A stretch of DNA of 64,000 bases from a virus: positions 1 through 64,000 of IMG/VR virus record IMGVR_UViG_3300042991_000201. One strand, written 5' to 3'. This document shows positions 1 through 9,666 of the stretch, piece after piece. Position 1 is the stretch's first letter. Each line of letters begins with the position of its first letter. Under the pieces are notes generated by a model. That model made no database searches. It worked only from the letters and a program-made list of their open reading frames with translations, and had not been told where the DNA came from. The translations under genes and the position numbers were made by a program.

Positions 1-615
1 AACAAGGCTTTTGAGAAGGGTAAGGAATTTGATGCAGGGACATATTCTATGTCAGCACAAAAATTCATGTCTCAAGAATTCTTCCGTGGACTTTCTGCTA
101 AATTGGCACAAAAGAACGCCATGCTGTATCTTGTGAGTCAGGAACGCGACAATGTAGGTGCTGGGATGTATGCCGCAAAAAATCGTCTTGGTGGTGGCAG
201 AGCAGTACAGTTCTATGAGAGTGTTCGCATATATAGCAAGAAAAAGCAGACTATTGAAAAGAACAAAAAAGCTATCGGCGTTGTGATTGGCATTGAAGCA
301 CAGAAAACTAGGCATCCTCGTCCTTTCCGCGAATGCCTCATCCCTATTATGTTTACTACAGGAGCAGATAATACTGGTGCCAATATAGATTATCTATTTG
401 ATCTTCGTTCCGACAAAACTGGGGAATTACTAAAAAAGGCAGATGCTATTACTTGGTCAGACGATACAGAGTCTATGGATAGAGACACGCTCATTACTTA
501 TGTGGAAGAGAATCGACTACGTGGCGAATTGATTCGTAAAGTCATTGCCAAATGGGAAGAAGAAGAAGCGGCTATTGTAGTTACTCGTCGGCCAAAGTAC
601 GAGGATGACGAATAA
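1..615 (+). CDS. RecA/UvsX-like recombinase, C-terminal part (5' end outside window)
   Basis: Frame is open from base 1; SQERDNVG...GGRAVQFYESVRI...KTR matches the RecA L2 loop/GGxALxFY region. Confidence 0.85.
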   Translation, partial: NKAFEKGKEFDAGTYSMSAQKFMSQEFFRGLSAKLAQKNAMLYLVSQERDNVGAGMYAAKNRLGGGRAVQFYESVRIYSKKKQTIEKNKKAIGVVIGIEAQKTRHPRPFRECLIPIMFTTGADNTGANIDYLFDLRSDKTGELLKKADAITWSDDTESMDRDTLITYVEENRLRGELIRKVIAKWEEEEAAIVVTRRPKYEDDE

Positions 616-1007
616 TGGGCCGAGGTCAAAAAAAGAAAGACCCTGTACTTCCTGAGCATTGTCAAAATATAAAACAGTATGAATCATCAAAATTTTGGCA
701 TACCTATTCTTCCAACTTATTAGATAATAAAGAATGTGTATGTCATATTTGCGGTAGGAGAAGATGGAAATGGCTACCAAGAAAACAGCAGTGGAAACGT
801 GTTCTCAGATTTTCATGCCATCATGTTACATATAAACATGTCGGACATGAATTACCAGAAGACATAGTAACTCTTTGTAGTCTATGTCATACCACAGCCC
901 ACAAACTTGTACGCTATAGAGGCATATCTTCTATGTATAATAAATTGGCTGAGGTAGTAGATATTTATTTTCAGTATGAGGGTGCTAATACGTTTGTGCC
1001 ATGGTAG
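615..1007 (+). CDS. HNH endonuclease
   Basis: CHICG...CHHVTY...LCSLCH Zn/HNH pattern. Confidence 0.8.
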   Translation: MGRGQKKKDPVLPEHCQNIKQYESSKFWHTYSSNLLDNKECVCHICGRRRWKWLPRKQQWKRVLRFSCHHVTYKHVGHELPEDIVTLCSLCHTTAHKLVRYRGISSMYNKLAEVVDIYFQYEGANTFVPW

Positions 1008-1016
1008 GAGGTACCT

Positions 1017-1529
1017 ATGTTAGTTCCAGCAATTAGATACAAAGACGAACTTGCAAAATTCCATAGGGATGTAATATATGGTAATCCGTTATATCAATAT
1101 TGGAATTACAGTTCTTATTGGAAAGAATACGATCCCCCATGTTCCGATGATTGGAGTAGTATATGTAGGGTTTCCATAGACAGCTCTAAAAAACTTTTGG
1201 GATACCTGTCTGCTCATGTTTCAAGATCAGATACGTCTGTATCTTCTATTAGTATGTATAAAATGAATTTAGATACTATCGGTTTTACATTTGTTCGTGA
1301 TTTAGAGAAGTTTATTACGTCCTTATTTGAAGAACATAGGATGAAGAAAATATCATTCAGTGTAGTCATAGGCAATCCCGCTGAAAGATTATATGATGCT
1401 GGAATTTCTAAATTTGGAGGAAGGGTAGTAGGTACTAAATTACAAGAAGTTATATTGACAGACGGCAATACCTATGATGTTAAATTGTACGAAATTCTTA
1501 CGTATTGTATAAGTAGGAGGTGTAAATGA
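1017..1529 (+). CDS. GNAT (RimJ/RimL-like) acetyltransferase
   Basis: KISFSVVIGNPAERLY...GGRVVG resembles the GNAT C-terminal motifs; GGAGG SD. Confidence 0.6.
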   Translation: MLVPAIRYKDELAKFHRDVIYGNPLYQYWNYSSYWKEYDPPCSDDWSSICRVSIDSSKKLLGYLSAHVSRSDTSVSSISMYKMNLDTIGFTFVRDLEKFITSLFEEHRMKKISFSVVIGNPAERLYDAGISKFGGRVVGTKLQEVILTDGNTYDVKLYEILTYCISRRCK

Positions 1530-2590
1530 TAAAGACACTGGAGATTAAGAATTTCCAGTCCCACAAAGATACTGTTATAGAGTTTCATCCCGGTGTGAAC
1601 GTAATTCAAGGTTCTTCAAGGAATGGCAAGTCTGCCATCTTGAGGGCTTTGAATTATGTCATAAATAATAAACCATCCGGGATGAGGCACATATCCTTTT
1701 GGGCAAAGGAAAAAACAAAGATACTTGACCCTTGTAAAGTATCCATAACCTTCGGGGAAGGGCATACCGTATCCCGTATTCGTGGAGACATAAACGGATA
1801 CCAGATTGATGATGGAAAGCCCCTAGAGGCTATAGAACAATCTGTCCCTGATGCCGTTTCTCAGCTCTGCAACTTCTCTGAGATTAACATACAGAAGCAG
1901 ATGGATGCTCCATTCCTTCTAGCTACTTCTTCAGGGGAAGTATCCAAATTCTTCAACCGTGTCTTGCGGTTGGAAGATGCCGATGAATACCAGAGTCTTG
2001 TGGAAGGCAAACGTCGTAAGTGCAATGCAGATGTGAAGGCTGTGGAAGAGATTATCCCCTCCCTCCAGAAAGAGCTGGCAGAGTATTCATGGATAGAAGA
2101 AGCGGAATACATCCTATCCAAGATTGTCATACAGGAAGCGGTTGTACAAGGACTTGAAACACAGAATTCCAAGATACGTATTGCCATATCTGATATGGAT
2201 GATCTGGAATCCAAGTTGGAACGATATGCTGTGATAGGACAGGCAGAGGAGATTTGTACACAGATACTATTGTGTTTGGAGGAAGTCAAATCACTTAGGG
2301 TACAGACTGATGCTTTGGCTAGTGCGTGTGAAAAACTCACACAGTACAATAGTGTCTGTGAGCAAGGGTTGAAGATTTCAGGGGCAGAAAAGCTCATTGC
2401 CAAACTAGAAGTTGCTCTGGAATATATTATAGGGCTTGAGAGTGATATGGAAGCTCTTAGGGCTGCTATAGCTAAAGAATGTACTTTGGTAGTTCATATA
2501 AAGATGTATGAAGAGGATATAGCAAAACTTGAGAAAAGTTTACCTGCTGTCTGTCCTCTTTGTGGAAAGGAGCTAAATAAATGTATTTAG
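1526..2590 (+). CDS. SbcC/Rad50-like ATPase, N-terminal half (Walker A, coiled coil, CPLC zinc hook)
   Basis: IKNFQSH, GSSRNGKS, Q-loop-like IQKQ, coiled coil ending CPLCG; no Walker B. Confidence 0.9.
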   Translation: MIKTLEIKNFQSHKDTVIEFHPGVNVIQGSSRNGKSAILRALNYVINNKPSGMRHISFWAKEKTKILDPCKVSITFGEGHTVSRIRGDINGYQIDDGKPLEAIEQSVPDAVSQLCNFSEINIQKQMDAPFLLATSSGEVSKFFNRVLRLEDADEYQSLVEGKRRKCNADVKAVEEIIPSLQKELAEYSWIEEAEYILSKIVIQEAVVQGLETQNSKIRIAISDMDDLESKLERYAVIGQAEEICTQILLCLEEVKSLRVQTDALASACEKLTQYNSVCEQGLKISGAEKLIAKLEVALEYIIGLESDMEALRAAIAKECTLVVHIKMYEEDIAKLEKSLPAVCPLCGKELNKCI

Positions 2591-3291
2591 CAATTAACGC
2601 ATCGCAACAAGAGCCCCCTAGCATTATCCACGATGAATTGTGTATTCGTATGGGGAAGCGCATACCCTTTGGACTCATGGCCGCTATAGGACTTGAAACT
2701 GTGTTTGTTGGTGGTAACTCCTGTAACCGGGATACCCCTAACGATATAGATATGTTTCCTGTGGGAGAATATGACTTCAGACTATTGGATGCAACGTGTG
2801 CCGAACAGAATATAGAAATTCTAAGTAAGACTTCCAACGCTCTTACCATATCTTATCGTGGATTGGTGGTACAGTTCTGTAATTTTCATCACCCCAATCT
2901 TAAAACTCTAGTGGAGTCATTTGACTTCGCTCATATCCAGATTGGAGTACTTGCAGATAGCTCCGATAACAGCATCCTGAGTTCCTATGTTTCCCCTGCT
3001 TGGACGAAGTATCATCTTTTGCAGTCAACGGCTTATATAGGATCAAAGTACCCTGTATCCAGTCTCATACGTTCATACAAATACGTCAAGCGGGGAGACT
3101 TTAGTGGCAAGTCTTATCTTTTCTCTGTTATGGCTATACTAGCTGACATAGTAGAACGGGGATTTGAAAACTACAAGGATTTTAAGGATCAGTTGGATGC
3201 TGTGGATTTGGGGCTTCTTCCAGAAGAGTATTCAGCATTTGATCGTAGTGAGCTTCTGAGATTCTTCAATGCTCTAAGGAAGGACAAATAA
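2581..3291 (+). CDS. Pol-beta-type nucleotidyltransferase (CCA-adding/poly(A) polymerase head-like)
   Basis: VGG...DIDMF and ESFDF motifs. Confidence 0.6.
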   Translation: MYLAINASQQEPPSIIHDELCIRMGKRIPFGLMAAIGLETVFVGGNSCNRDTPNDIDMFPVGEYDFRLLDATCAEQNIEILSKTSNALTISYRGLVVQFCNFHHPNLKTLVESFDFAHIQIGVLADSSDNSILSSYVSPAWTKYHLLQSTAYIGSKYPVSSLIRSYKYVKRGDFSGKSYLFSVMAILADIVERGFENYKDFKDQLDAVDLGLLPEEYSAFDRSELLRFFNALRKDK

Positions 3292-4238
3292 TGTCTCGAT
3301 ACATAGTAACAGCAGACAATCACTTACGGTTTGATCCTCCTATATGCCGTCTCGATGACGATTGGCTTGCTTTTCAGCAGAAAGCTCTCCTTGACATAGT
3401 AAGCAAGGCCAATGAGTATGAATGTGATCTGATAATTGTAGGTGATCTTTTTGATTCGTATGCAGTTCATTCTGTTATAGTCTCCATGTTTATAGACTCT
3501 ATGTCTGCGCTTCTTGGTCGATGCCACATCATAGGAGGTAATCATACTCTCAAGTATCACCGTGAAGAAAACATAAGTGAATCCTCTATCGGCATCATCA
3601 AAGCCATTGCTGGAGATAACACAGGGAAGATTAGGTATTACACTTGTCAAGAAGAAAGTATAGAGGGGCGCTTTGAACATTCCTATCGACTGGATGATGA
3701 TATTACTCTTGTGCATACTCTTGTATTTCCCAACGAAGATGCCATTCCTTTTGGAGCTAAGGGGGTAGCACCTGAATATCTCTTAGAGAAGTTTGACACT
3801 CCGTGGATATTCACTGGAGACATGCACCACAACTTTGTCTATGAAAATGGGGGGCGTAGAGTTATCAATCCCGGATGTATGGCCATCCAGAATGCAGATG
3901 AGCTTGACTATATTCCCGGTGTATACTATGTAGATACGGGGGATAAGATTGATGTGTCTACGTTGGCAGATAAACATAAGCCGGTCTATCGTATTTCAAA
4001 TTTCGAGATTGCCTTCATCCCTATATTCAATGATACCACTATGGTGACACGAAACCACCTTGAGCGGAATCAGAAGCGGGATGCTAGGATGGAAGCATTT
4101 GTAGAATTGATTCAGCTTGGTAGGAATGTGAAGCTGTCGTTTATGGACAACCTTGCAGAAACTCTCAAAAAAACCTTGACAAGTGAAGAAGTTGATAGTA
4201 TATTTGATGAACTCAAGGAGGAATCACATGGCGTTTAG
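3291..4238 (+). CDS. SbcD/Mre11-like metallophosphoesterase nuclease
   Basis: ADNH, GDLFD, GNH, GDMH, NPG motifs. Confidence 0.9.
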   Translation: MSRYIVTADNHLRFDPPICRLDDDWLAFQQKALLDIVSKANEYECDLIIVGDLFDSYAVHSVIVSMFIDSMSALLGRCHIIGGNHTLKYHREENISESSIGIIKAIAGDNTGKIRYYTCQEESIEGRFEHSYRLDDDITLVHTLVFPNEDAIPFGAKGVAPEYLLEKFDTPWIFTGDMHHNFVYENGGRRVINPGCMAIQNADELDYIPGVYYVDTGDKIDVSTLADKHKPVYRISNFEIAFIPIFNDTTMVTRNHLERNQKRDARMEAFVELIQLGRNVKLSFMDNLAETLKKTLTSEEVDSIFDELKEESHGV

Positions 4239-4554
4239 AGTACGGATTGAAGATACGGAATTCAATATGCATGAGTTTATGGTCAATGATACAGACAGTA
4301 TTCAGGCATCTCTTAATTGTGATGGTCGGTTCAAGCCTATAGAACCAGATATTCCAGATTTGGAGATGGTAAAAGAAACGATTAAATATGAGGGCTGGAC
4401 TGCGGATGATCTAGGTCTTATCCTTGATGAGAAAGATATTGATGATTTTGATATGGACACGATATATGAATACATCATGGATAGAGACCATCGACGCAGA
4501 AAATTCATCAATAAGATGGAAGATGATGGCTATATCCCTACAAAGGAGGCATAA
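4228..4554 (+). CDS. acidic hypothetical protein
   Basis: ATG after GGAGG; about 27% D/E by hand count. Confidence 0.65.
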   Translation: MAFRVRIEDTEFNMHEFMVNDTDSIQASLNCDGRFKPIEPDIPDLEMVKETIKYEGWTADDLGLILDEKDIDDFDMDTIYEYIMDRDHRRRKFINKMEDDGYIPTKEA

Positions 4555-4555
4555 G

Positions 4556-4711
4556 ATGGAGAAAACTTCAATCACTAAATTCATTTCCGATGGTATTTCA
4601 GGATTTCTTGCTGGTGTACTTCTACTTGGAATGACAGCAGGGGCTCTCTGGTTCAGTCTTTGGAGCATACAAGGGCTTATTGATAAGATCACTTCTATTC
4701 TAGCGAGGTAG
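4556..4711 (+). CDS. small membrane protein
   Basis: ATG after GGAGG; one hydrophobic segment. Confidence 0.55.
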   Translation: MEKTSITKFISDGISGFLAGVLLLGMTAGALWFSLWSIQGLIDKITSILAR

Positions 4712-4715
4712 GAAT

Positions 4716-7046
4716 ATGGAAAACAACAAAGCATTTGTAGCCATATTGAAACACATTACACCAATAGAAGGTGCTGATAAAATCGTGCAAGCCCAAGTGT
4801 ATCTCAATGGTGTACCTATTACTCAAGTTATAGTCGGAGTAAATACCAAGGAAGATACTCCTGTTGTTTACTTTGATAGCAATGTATGTCTATCTGACAG
4901 ACTCGTTACGGACTATCCTGACCTTGCTACCTATCTTGCCAAAGATAATCGTGTGCGATGTATCAAATTACGTGGGGTAGTGTCTAATGGATTGTGCATA
5001 GATATTGTCAAATTTGCAAAGTACACTGCCGTAGAGATGCCTGAAGGTTACGCTTTTGACAAATTAGGGGATGTAGAGATTTGTCACAAGTTCATCCCCC
5101 TGAAGCTGGAGCCTACTGTGAAACATAAGAATCGGGAACGGAAAGCCAAAAAGCCTTCTCGTATCATTCCAGAGATGTTTCACTTTCATATCGATACGGA
5201 ACAGCTTCCAAGGAATATGCACAAACTTCATATTGATGATGTAGTATCTATTAGCAGAAAATACCATGGATGCTTCACGGGTAGAACACTGGTATCTATG
5301 GGAGACGGGACTAAAAAGAGAATAAAGGATATTGTCGTTGGGGATAGTATATTGGGATGCACAGAAGAAGGTGGAGTTGTACTTAGTAAAGTATTGAATA
5401 CTTTTATGAATGGGACTACTGACAAGTGGTATCGTATTAAATATAGAGGGAGAAAAATTCTACATGCCACAGGAACTCATCGCATATATACTCAACGTGG
5501 TTATGTAGAAGTACAAGACCTTACCCCACAGGATAAGATAATATATCCTACAACAGTTCCAATCCTAGATATAGATGCAAAGTCTGTGCTACTAGGTAAA
5601 GCATTGGGAGACGGATGCCTTCAGTCAAACGCAGACTCTTTAATGCTTCAGGTATCTCATAAAAATGACCATGAGCAATATTTAGATTATTGCATCTCTC
5701 TTCTACATCCTATTGACTGTGGTAGTAGTAAGACACACAAGACTTCCGGGTATGGCACAGATATGATTCGCTGGCATAGCTCACAAACACACGCAATAAA
5801 CCATACTTTGAAAGCCTATCTGTCAGATAAGAAGTTTAAGATAACTGAGGCACTTGTTAATGATTTAACCCCGCTCGCTTTAGCTATTTGGTACATGGAC
5901 GATGGTAGTTTAATACATTCCGAGTTACAACAGGATCGTGCTGGGCTTGCTATTTGCTCTTTTGGCCCAGAAGTATATCCCATCATAGGCAGAGCTTTAG
6001 CTCAGTATGGTATAGAAAATGTGACTTTCTATACTTCGCATAATAAGGGCAATCCCAAAGCACATTCCCGTATTCGATTTAATTTGGATGCCGCTTGTAA
6101 GCTATTTGAGTTAATAAAGGAGTATATACCTCCATGTATGCAATACAAACTTCCAGTAGAGTACAGAGGATACTATAAGTCTCCTACTATACGTACATCT
6201 ATAGAATATGAGCAAATACTGGTTCCTTATTCTGTTGTTTCTGTAGAACAGGTAATTGCAGATGGATACACGGGGAATGGTAAGTATGACATAGAGACTG
6301 AGACTCACAACTATATTGCAAATGGAATTGTAGTGCATAACTGTTCTGCCATTACTAGCCATACGCAGGTCAAGAAATCTCTATCTATATTTGAAAAAGT
6401 TTTGAAGGTTTTCAAGTTTCCCGTGGGGGATAGGGAATGGACATACTTGTATGCAAGTCGTAGCGTAGTGAAAAATGACGCTGTATCTACAGGATTTTAC
6501 AAGTATGATTTATGGACGGAGACAGGTAAGAAGTATTTTGATGGTAAACTGCATAAGGGCGAGACAGTATACTATGAAATTATTGGATATATCCCCGGTA
6601 CCAAGAGTTTTATCCAGAAGAACTACGATTATGCTAACCTTCCCGGAGATTGTTCCATTGTTGTGTATCGTATCACTTCCACTAATACTGACGGGGTAGT
6701 GTATGAATATTCTTGGGCGGCTATAAAAGACCGCTGTAAAGAGTTGGGTGTTCATATGGTACAAGAATATTATTACGGAACTATTCGTTCTCTACTCTTT
6801 GGATATTCTATAAGACCGAATCCAGAGTGGAATGCTGATCTACTTGCCCTACTTCAAAAGCGATACCTTGAACGAGATTGCCCCGACAATCTTTGCAAGA
6901 AGATGCCTGATGAAGGTATTGTACTTAGGGTAGAGGCAAAAGACATTCAGGTATACAAGTATAAGAGTGAAAAATTTTTGACTCAGGAATCTAAAGCCAA
7001 GGAAGATGAAGTTCCAGATATTGAAGAACAGGAAGGAGTACTCTAA
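4716..7046 (+). CDS. ATP-dependent RNA ligase (DRB0094/Rnl5-like) containing an intein
   Basis: N-terminal PIEGADKI domain; motif I KYHG|CS, YYEIIG, EGIVLR, YKYKSEKFL. Confidence 0.85.
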   Translation: MENNKAFVAILKHITPIEGADKIVQAQVYLNGVPITQVIVGVNTKEDTPVVYFDSNVCLSDRLVTDYPDLATYLAKDNRVRCIKLRGVVSNGLCIDIVKFAKYTAVEMPEGYAFDKLGDVEICHKFIPLKLEPTVKHKNRERKAKKPSRIIPEMFHFHIDTEQLPRNMHKLHIDDVVSISRKYHGCFTGRTLVSMGDGTKKRIKDIVVGDSILGCTEEGGVVLSKVLNTFMNGTTDKWYRIKYRGRKILHATGTHRIYTQRGYVEVQDLTPQDKIIYPTTVPILDIDAKSVLLGKALGDGCLQSNADSLMLQVSHKNDHEQYLDYCISLLHPIDCGSSKTHKTSGYGTDMIRWHSSQTHAINHTLKAYLSDKKFKITEALVNDLTPLALAIWYMDDGSLIHSELQQDRAGLAICSFGPEVYPIIGRALAQYGIENVTFYTSHNKGNPKAHSRIRFNLDAACKLFELIKEYIPPCMQYKLPVEYRGYYKSPTIRTSIEYEQILVPYSVVSVEQVIADGYTGNGKYDIETETHNYIANGIVVHNCSAITSHTQVKKSLSIFEKVLKVFKFPVGDREWTYLYASRSVVKNDAVSTGFYKYDLWTETGKKYFDGKLHKGETVYYEIIGYIPGTKSFIQKNYDYANLPGDCSIVVYRITSTNTDGVVYEYSWAAIKDRCKELGVHMVQEYYYGTIRSLLFGYSIRPNPEWNADLLALLQKRYLERDCPDNLCKKMPDEGIVLRVEAKDIQVYKYKSEKFLTQESKAKEDEVPDIEEQEGVL
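5271..6341 (+). mobile_element. intein (357 aa) with LAGLIDADG homing endonuclease
   Basis: Starts CFTGRTLV, block B ATGTHRIY, LLGKALGDG and LAIWYMDDGS, ends YDIETETHNYIANGIVVHN followed by Cys. Confidence 0.93.
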
Positions 7047-7288
7047 TGGATGCACGAGAATTTGAGACTATCAAGAATAAGGTATCTATCCTCAAGGAGA
7101 AGTTCACCAAGGCCCAAGGTGCTTTGGAGACTCTTCGTGAAACCAATTTGAAGGACTTCGGTACGAACGATGTTGCTGATATGCATAAAATGGTGAAAGA
7201 CAATGATACCGTCATCCTTCAGGTAGAAGCCAAGATAGATAGTTTGTACGAGGAATTGAAAGGACTCACAAATTGGAATCTGCTGTAG
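7046..7288 (+). CDS. small coiled-coil protein
   Basis: TAATG coupling to the ligase; helical heptads. Confidence 0.75.
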   Translation: MDAREFETIKNKVSILKEKFTKAQGALETLRETNLKDFGTNDVADMHKMVKDNDTVILQVEAKIDSLYEELKGLTNWNLL

Positions 7289-7905
7289 CTTTTCAGTCTC
7301 GTATAGACAGGGCTAAGGGAATGCGCTCCACAATATCCCGCAAGCTGGAGGAGGCAGAGACGAAAAAAGCTCTGCTCCTCAAGCGACAGATTGCTGTGGA
7401 ATTCGCACAAGCCATTATTCAACAAGTTGCACGTGAAACACAAGAGTCTGTACGTGTTCACTTAGAGGACATTGTGCAGAAGTGTCTTGACACTGTATTC
7501 CCTGATGAATACACATTCAAAATGGACTTTGCAATCTCTCGTGGTAAGACGGAGATTAAACTGCAATTCTTTGTGGATGGGGAAGAGACAGACCCAATGG
7601 AAGCAGAAGGTGGGGGGCTTGTAGACATAGCCGCCCTTGGACTTCGCATAGCTTCTTGGACTCTCTCTGGTACGAGGAATACCATGATCTTTGATGAGAA
7701 TATGAAGTTCTTGTCTAAAGACTTGCAACCACGGGGGGCAGAAGTAATCAAGGAGCTATCAAAGGGACTTGGACTACAATTTATCTTTGCCTCACATAGT
7801 CCAGACATTCTTGCTGTAGCTGATAAGATTATCGAAGTGAAGATTGCTAAAGAGATAATCAATGGCAAGGAATATCGAGTATCCAAAGTATCCATAGGAG
7901 AGTAA
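7273..7905 (+). CDS. SbcC/Rad50-like ATPase, C-terminal half (signature, Walker B, H-loop)
   Basis: EGGG signature-like, LGLRIA, MIFDE, FASH, ADKIIEV; TTG start after AAGGA. Confidence 0.88.
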   Translation: MESAVAFQSRIDRAKGMRSTISRKLEEAETKKALLLKRQIAVEFAQAIIQQVARETQESVRVHLEDIVQKCLDTVFPDEYTFKMDFAISRGKTEIKLQFFVDGEETDPMEAEGGGLVDIAALGLRIASWTLSGTRNTMIFDENMKFLSKDLQPRGAEVIKELSKGLGLQFIFASHSPDILAVADKIIEVKIAKEIINGKEYRVSKVSIGE

Positions 7906-7906
7906 C

Positions 7907-8113
7907 ATGAAGAGTATACTGGACAAGTTAGAAGGGGAGATATTTCCTTTCCCAAAACTAATGGAGACAGATGAAGGATTGATAGTGCTTATGCTATATG
8001 ATGGTCACGGAACTGTGGTACATTCCGATGTTGAATATTCAATGGGGCAGTATAGTGTATGGGATTTAGGATTATTCAAAGAATACAAGGGTTCTATAAC
8101 TCTACGGAATTGA
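7907..8113 (+). CDS. hypothetical protein
   Basis: GGAG SD; last gene of the operon. Confidence 0.7.
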   Translation: MKSILDKLEGEIFPFPKLMETDEGLIVLMLYDGHGTVVHSDVEYSMGQYSVWDLGLFKEYKGSITLRN

Positions 8114-8120
8114 GGAATAT

Positions 8121-8157
8121 AATAGCCGGTGAGATTCATCAAGTTTCACCGGCTATT
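8121..8157. terminator. hairpin between convergent operons
   Basis: AATAGCCGGTGA...TCACCGGCTATT perfect 12-bp arms. Confidence 0.75.
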
Positions 8158-8162
8158 GTACT

Positions 8163-8705
8163 TTAGAATACAACAAGAGCAAGTATCATGCCCAGAGTTA
8201 TGACCCCCGTCAGTGACGTAACTTTCACAGTATAATCCTGATCTGGTTCCAACTCTATAAATCCACCAACTTCAGCAGAAGCTGCTGCCTTGTAGGCTCC
8301 TTGCACCACCCCTGCCAAATATCTTGATGGGGCTGCAATGCCTCCAATGATAGTGGTAAGGGGTACTACGTTTGATACCCCAACTTTCAAATCTGTGAGG
8401 CCACTCGCTTGATTTTTGAAGCGTCTATTGGTATTCCACTCGGTAGTGGGGGTGCCTCCTGTATATGTTCCACCTTCAATGAGAGTTATGTTTCCATCTT
8501 CTCCTACCCTATCCAGCGTTGTATATGTATAGTATACTCCATGAGGGGAAGCGGGGGTATGAAAATGTAATGTAGAATATATTCCTGCCGCAGATAAAAC
8601 ATGCTTATTGAATCCTATTCGGTAGATTCTACCATTCATAACCTCCAATTCGTCTAAGCGGATATTGTTGATACGAGTAAATACACTATTGATAACAGGA
8701 TTCAT
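8163..8705 (-). CDS. hypothetical beta-rich protein, possibly virion-associated
   Basis: G/T-rich ORF at the end of the late operon. Confidence 0.6.
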   Translation of the reverse strand: MNPVINSVFTRINNIRLDELEVMNGRIYRIGFNKHVLSAAGIYSTLHFHTPASPHGVYYTYTTLDRVGEDGNITLIEGGTYTGGTPTTEWNTNRRFKNQASGLTDLKVGVSNVVPLTTIIGGIAAPSRYLAGVVQGAYKAAASAEVGGFIELEPDQDYTVKVTSLTGVITLGMILALVVF

Positions 8706-8717
8706 ACCACACCCCCT

Positions 8718-9056
8718 TTAGGAAGCATATAAAGTCTTTACCGTTACTCCAATGGTTACATCTCCTGTTAGTCTCTTGCATTTGAAAGCTGTGACACCGG
8801 GATTAACTTCTGCTATACCATCCCAAGAATACCACACAGCATTCTCGGTTTCTATATCTGTATAAGAAGAGGCAGTGAAATCCAATTTACCATCACCCAC
8901 CATAAACATTACAATATTGCCAATAGGCTGTAGGGGTAATAGATATGGGGTGGTGTAGTCTGTTCCAGACGTAGCAACAAATTTAGTGTGGAATACCCCA
9001 CCACTGTCTGTGTCATCTCGCGCAATCAGTTCCATTTGTAAAGGGGTTACTGCCAT
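8718..9056 (-). CDS. hypothetical protein, possibly virion-associated
   Basis: AAGGAGG SD. Confidence 0.65.
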   Translation of the reverse strand: MAVTPLQMELIARDDTDSGGVFHTKFVATSGTDYTTPYLLPLQPIGNIVMFMVGDGKLDFTASSYTDIETENAVWYSWDGIAEVNPGVTAFKCKRLTGDVTIGVTVKTLYAS

Positions 9057-9200
9057 AATGATGCCTCCTTATTTAGCGGAGATCGTCGTGCTATCTCGTG
9101 AGTTAATCTGGTACTAGTAGTCAATTACTCCAACAGCCGCATCGAAATTTTCATCTTTCCATTGTGCGTCCGGCGTATATCTGTAGATGGTTTGATTCAT

Positions 9201-9647
9201 CTATGCCCCTCCATTCGCTAGTATATATAGGGTCTCTCCAGTAACAATCACTCCAAGAACAAGCACAGTGATTTCATAAACTTTCAACCAGAATGATAAT
9301 CTCTGAAATTCCTTCAATAACGTCGTGTAGCTCTGTTCCTGCTCCCGTAAGGTCTGTTCCGATAGTCCCAAGAGTCGCTTTGATTCGATCAAGTTCTGCT
9401 CTATGAGCGATACTCTCTTTAAGTATATCTGCTCGGAGTCTTGCAACTGTTTTTCCAAGTTCTGTATTGAGGTTTGTAAGTCCATTATTGTATTCTTGGA
9501 GGACTCTATTTGCATCAATACTTGCGTCAAGTTCTCTTGATATTGTGTCAATCGATTTACGATAATTTCTTTGGCCGATTGCCCATGTGACAGCACTGGC
9601 ACAAAGAGAACCAAGTATAAAAGACACAATAATCGCTTTCCACACAT
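9201..9647 (-). CDS. putative second spanin component (signal peptide, coiled coil, C-terminal hydrophobic helix)
   Basis: Overlaps the i-spanin-like ORF in another frame, in the Rz1-like position. Confidence 0.6.
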   Translation of the reverse strand: MCGKRLLCLLYLVLFVPVLSHGQSAKEIIVNRLTQYQENLTQVLMQIESSKNTIMDLQTSIQNLEKQLQDSEQIYLKRVSLIEQNLIESKRLLGLSEQTLREQEQSYTTLLKEFQRLSFWLKVYEITVLVLGVIVTGETLYILANGGA

Positions 9648-9666
9648 CGCTACTCTTTTCGGCCAT
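9274..9666 (-). CDS. putative i-spanin (Rz-like)
   Basis: N-terminal TM helix then coiled coil; directly after the holin. Confidence 0.65.
   Translation of the reverse strand: MAEKSSDVWKAIIVSFILGSLCASAVTWAIGQRNYRKSIDTISRELDASIDANRVLQEYNNGLTNLNTELGKTVARLRADILKESIAHRAELDRIKATLGTIGTDLTGAGTELHDVIEGISEIIILVESL

Noticed and set aside
9069-9200. TAG read-through/alternative genetic code (short ORF with one in-frame TAG)
   Set aside because: Many well-defined genes end in TAG and long genes are intact under code 11
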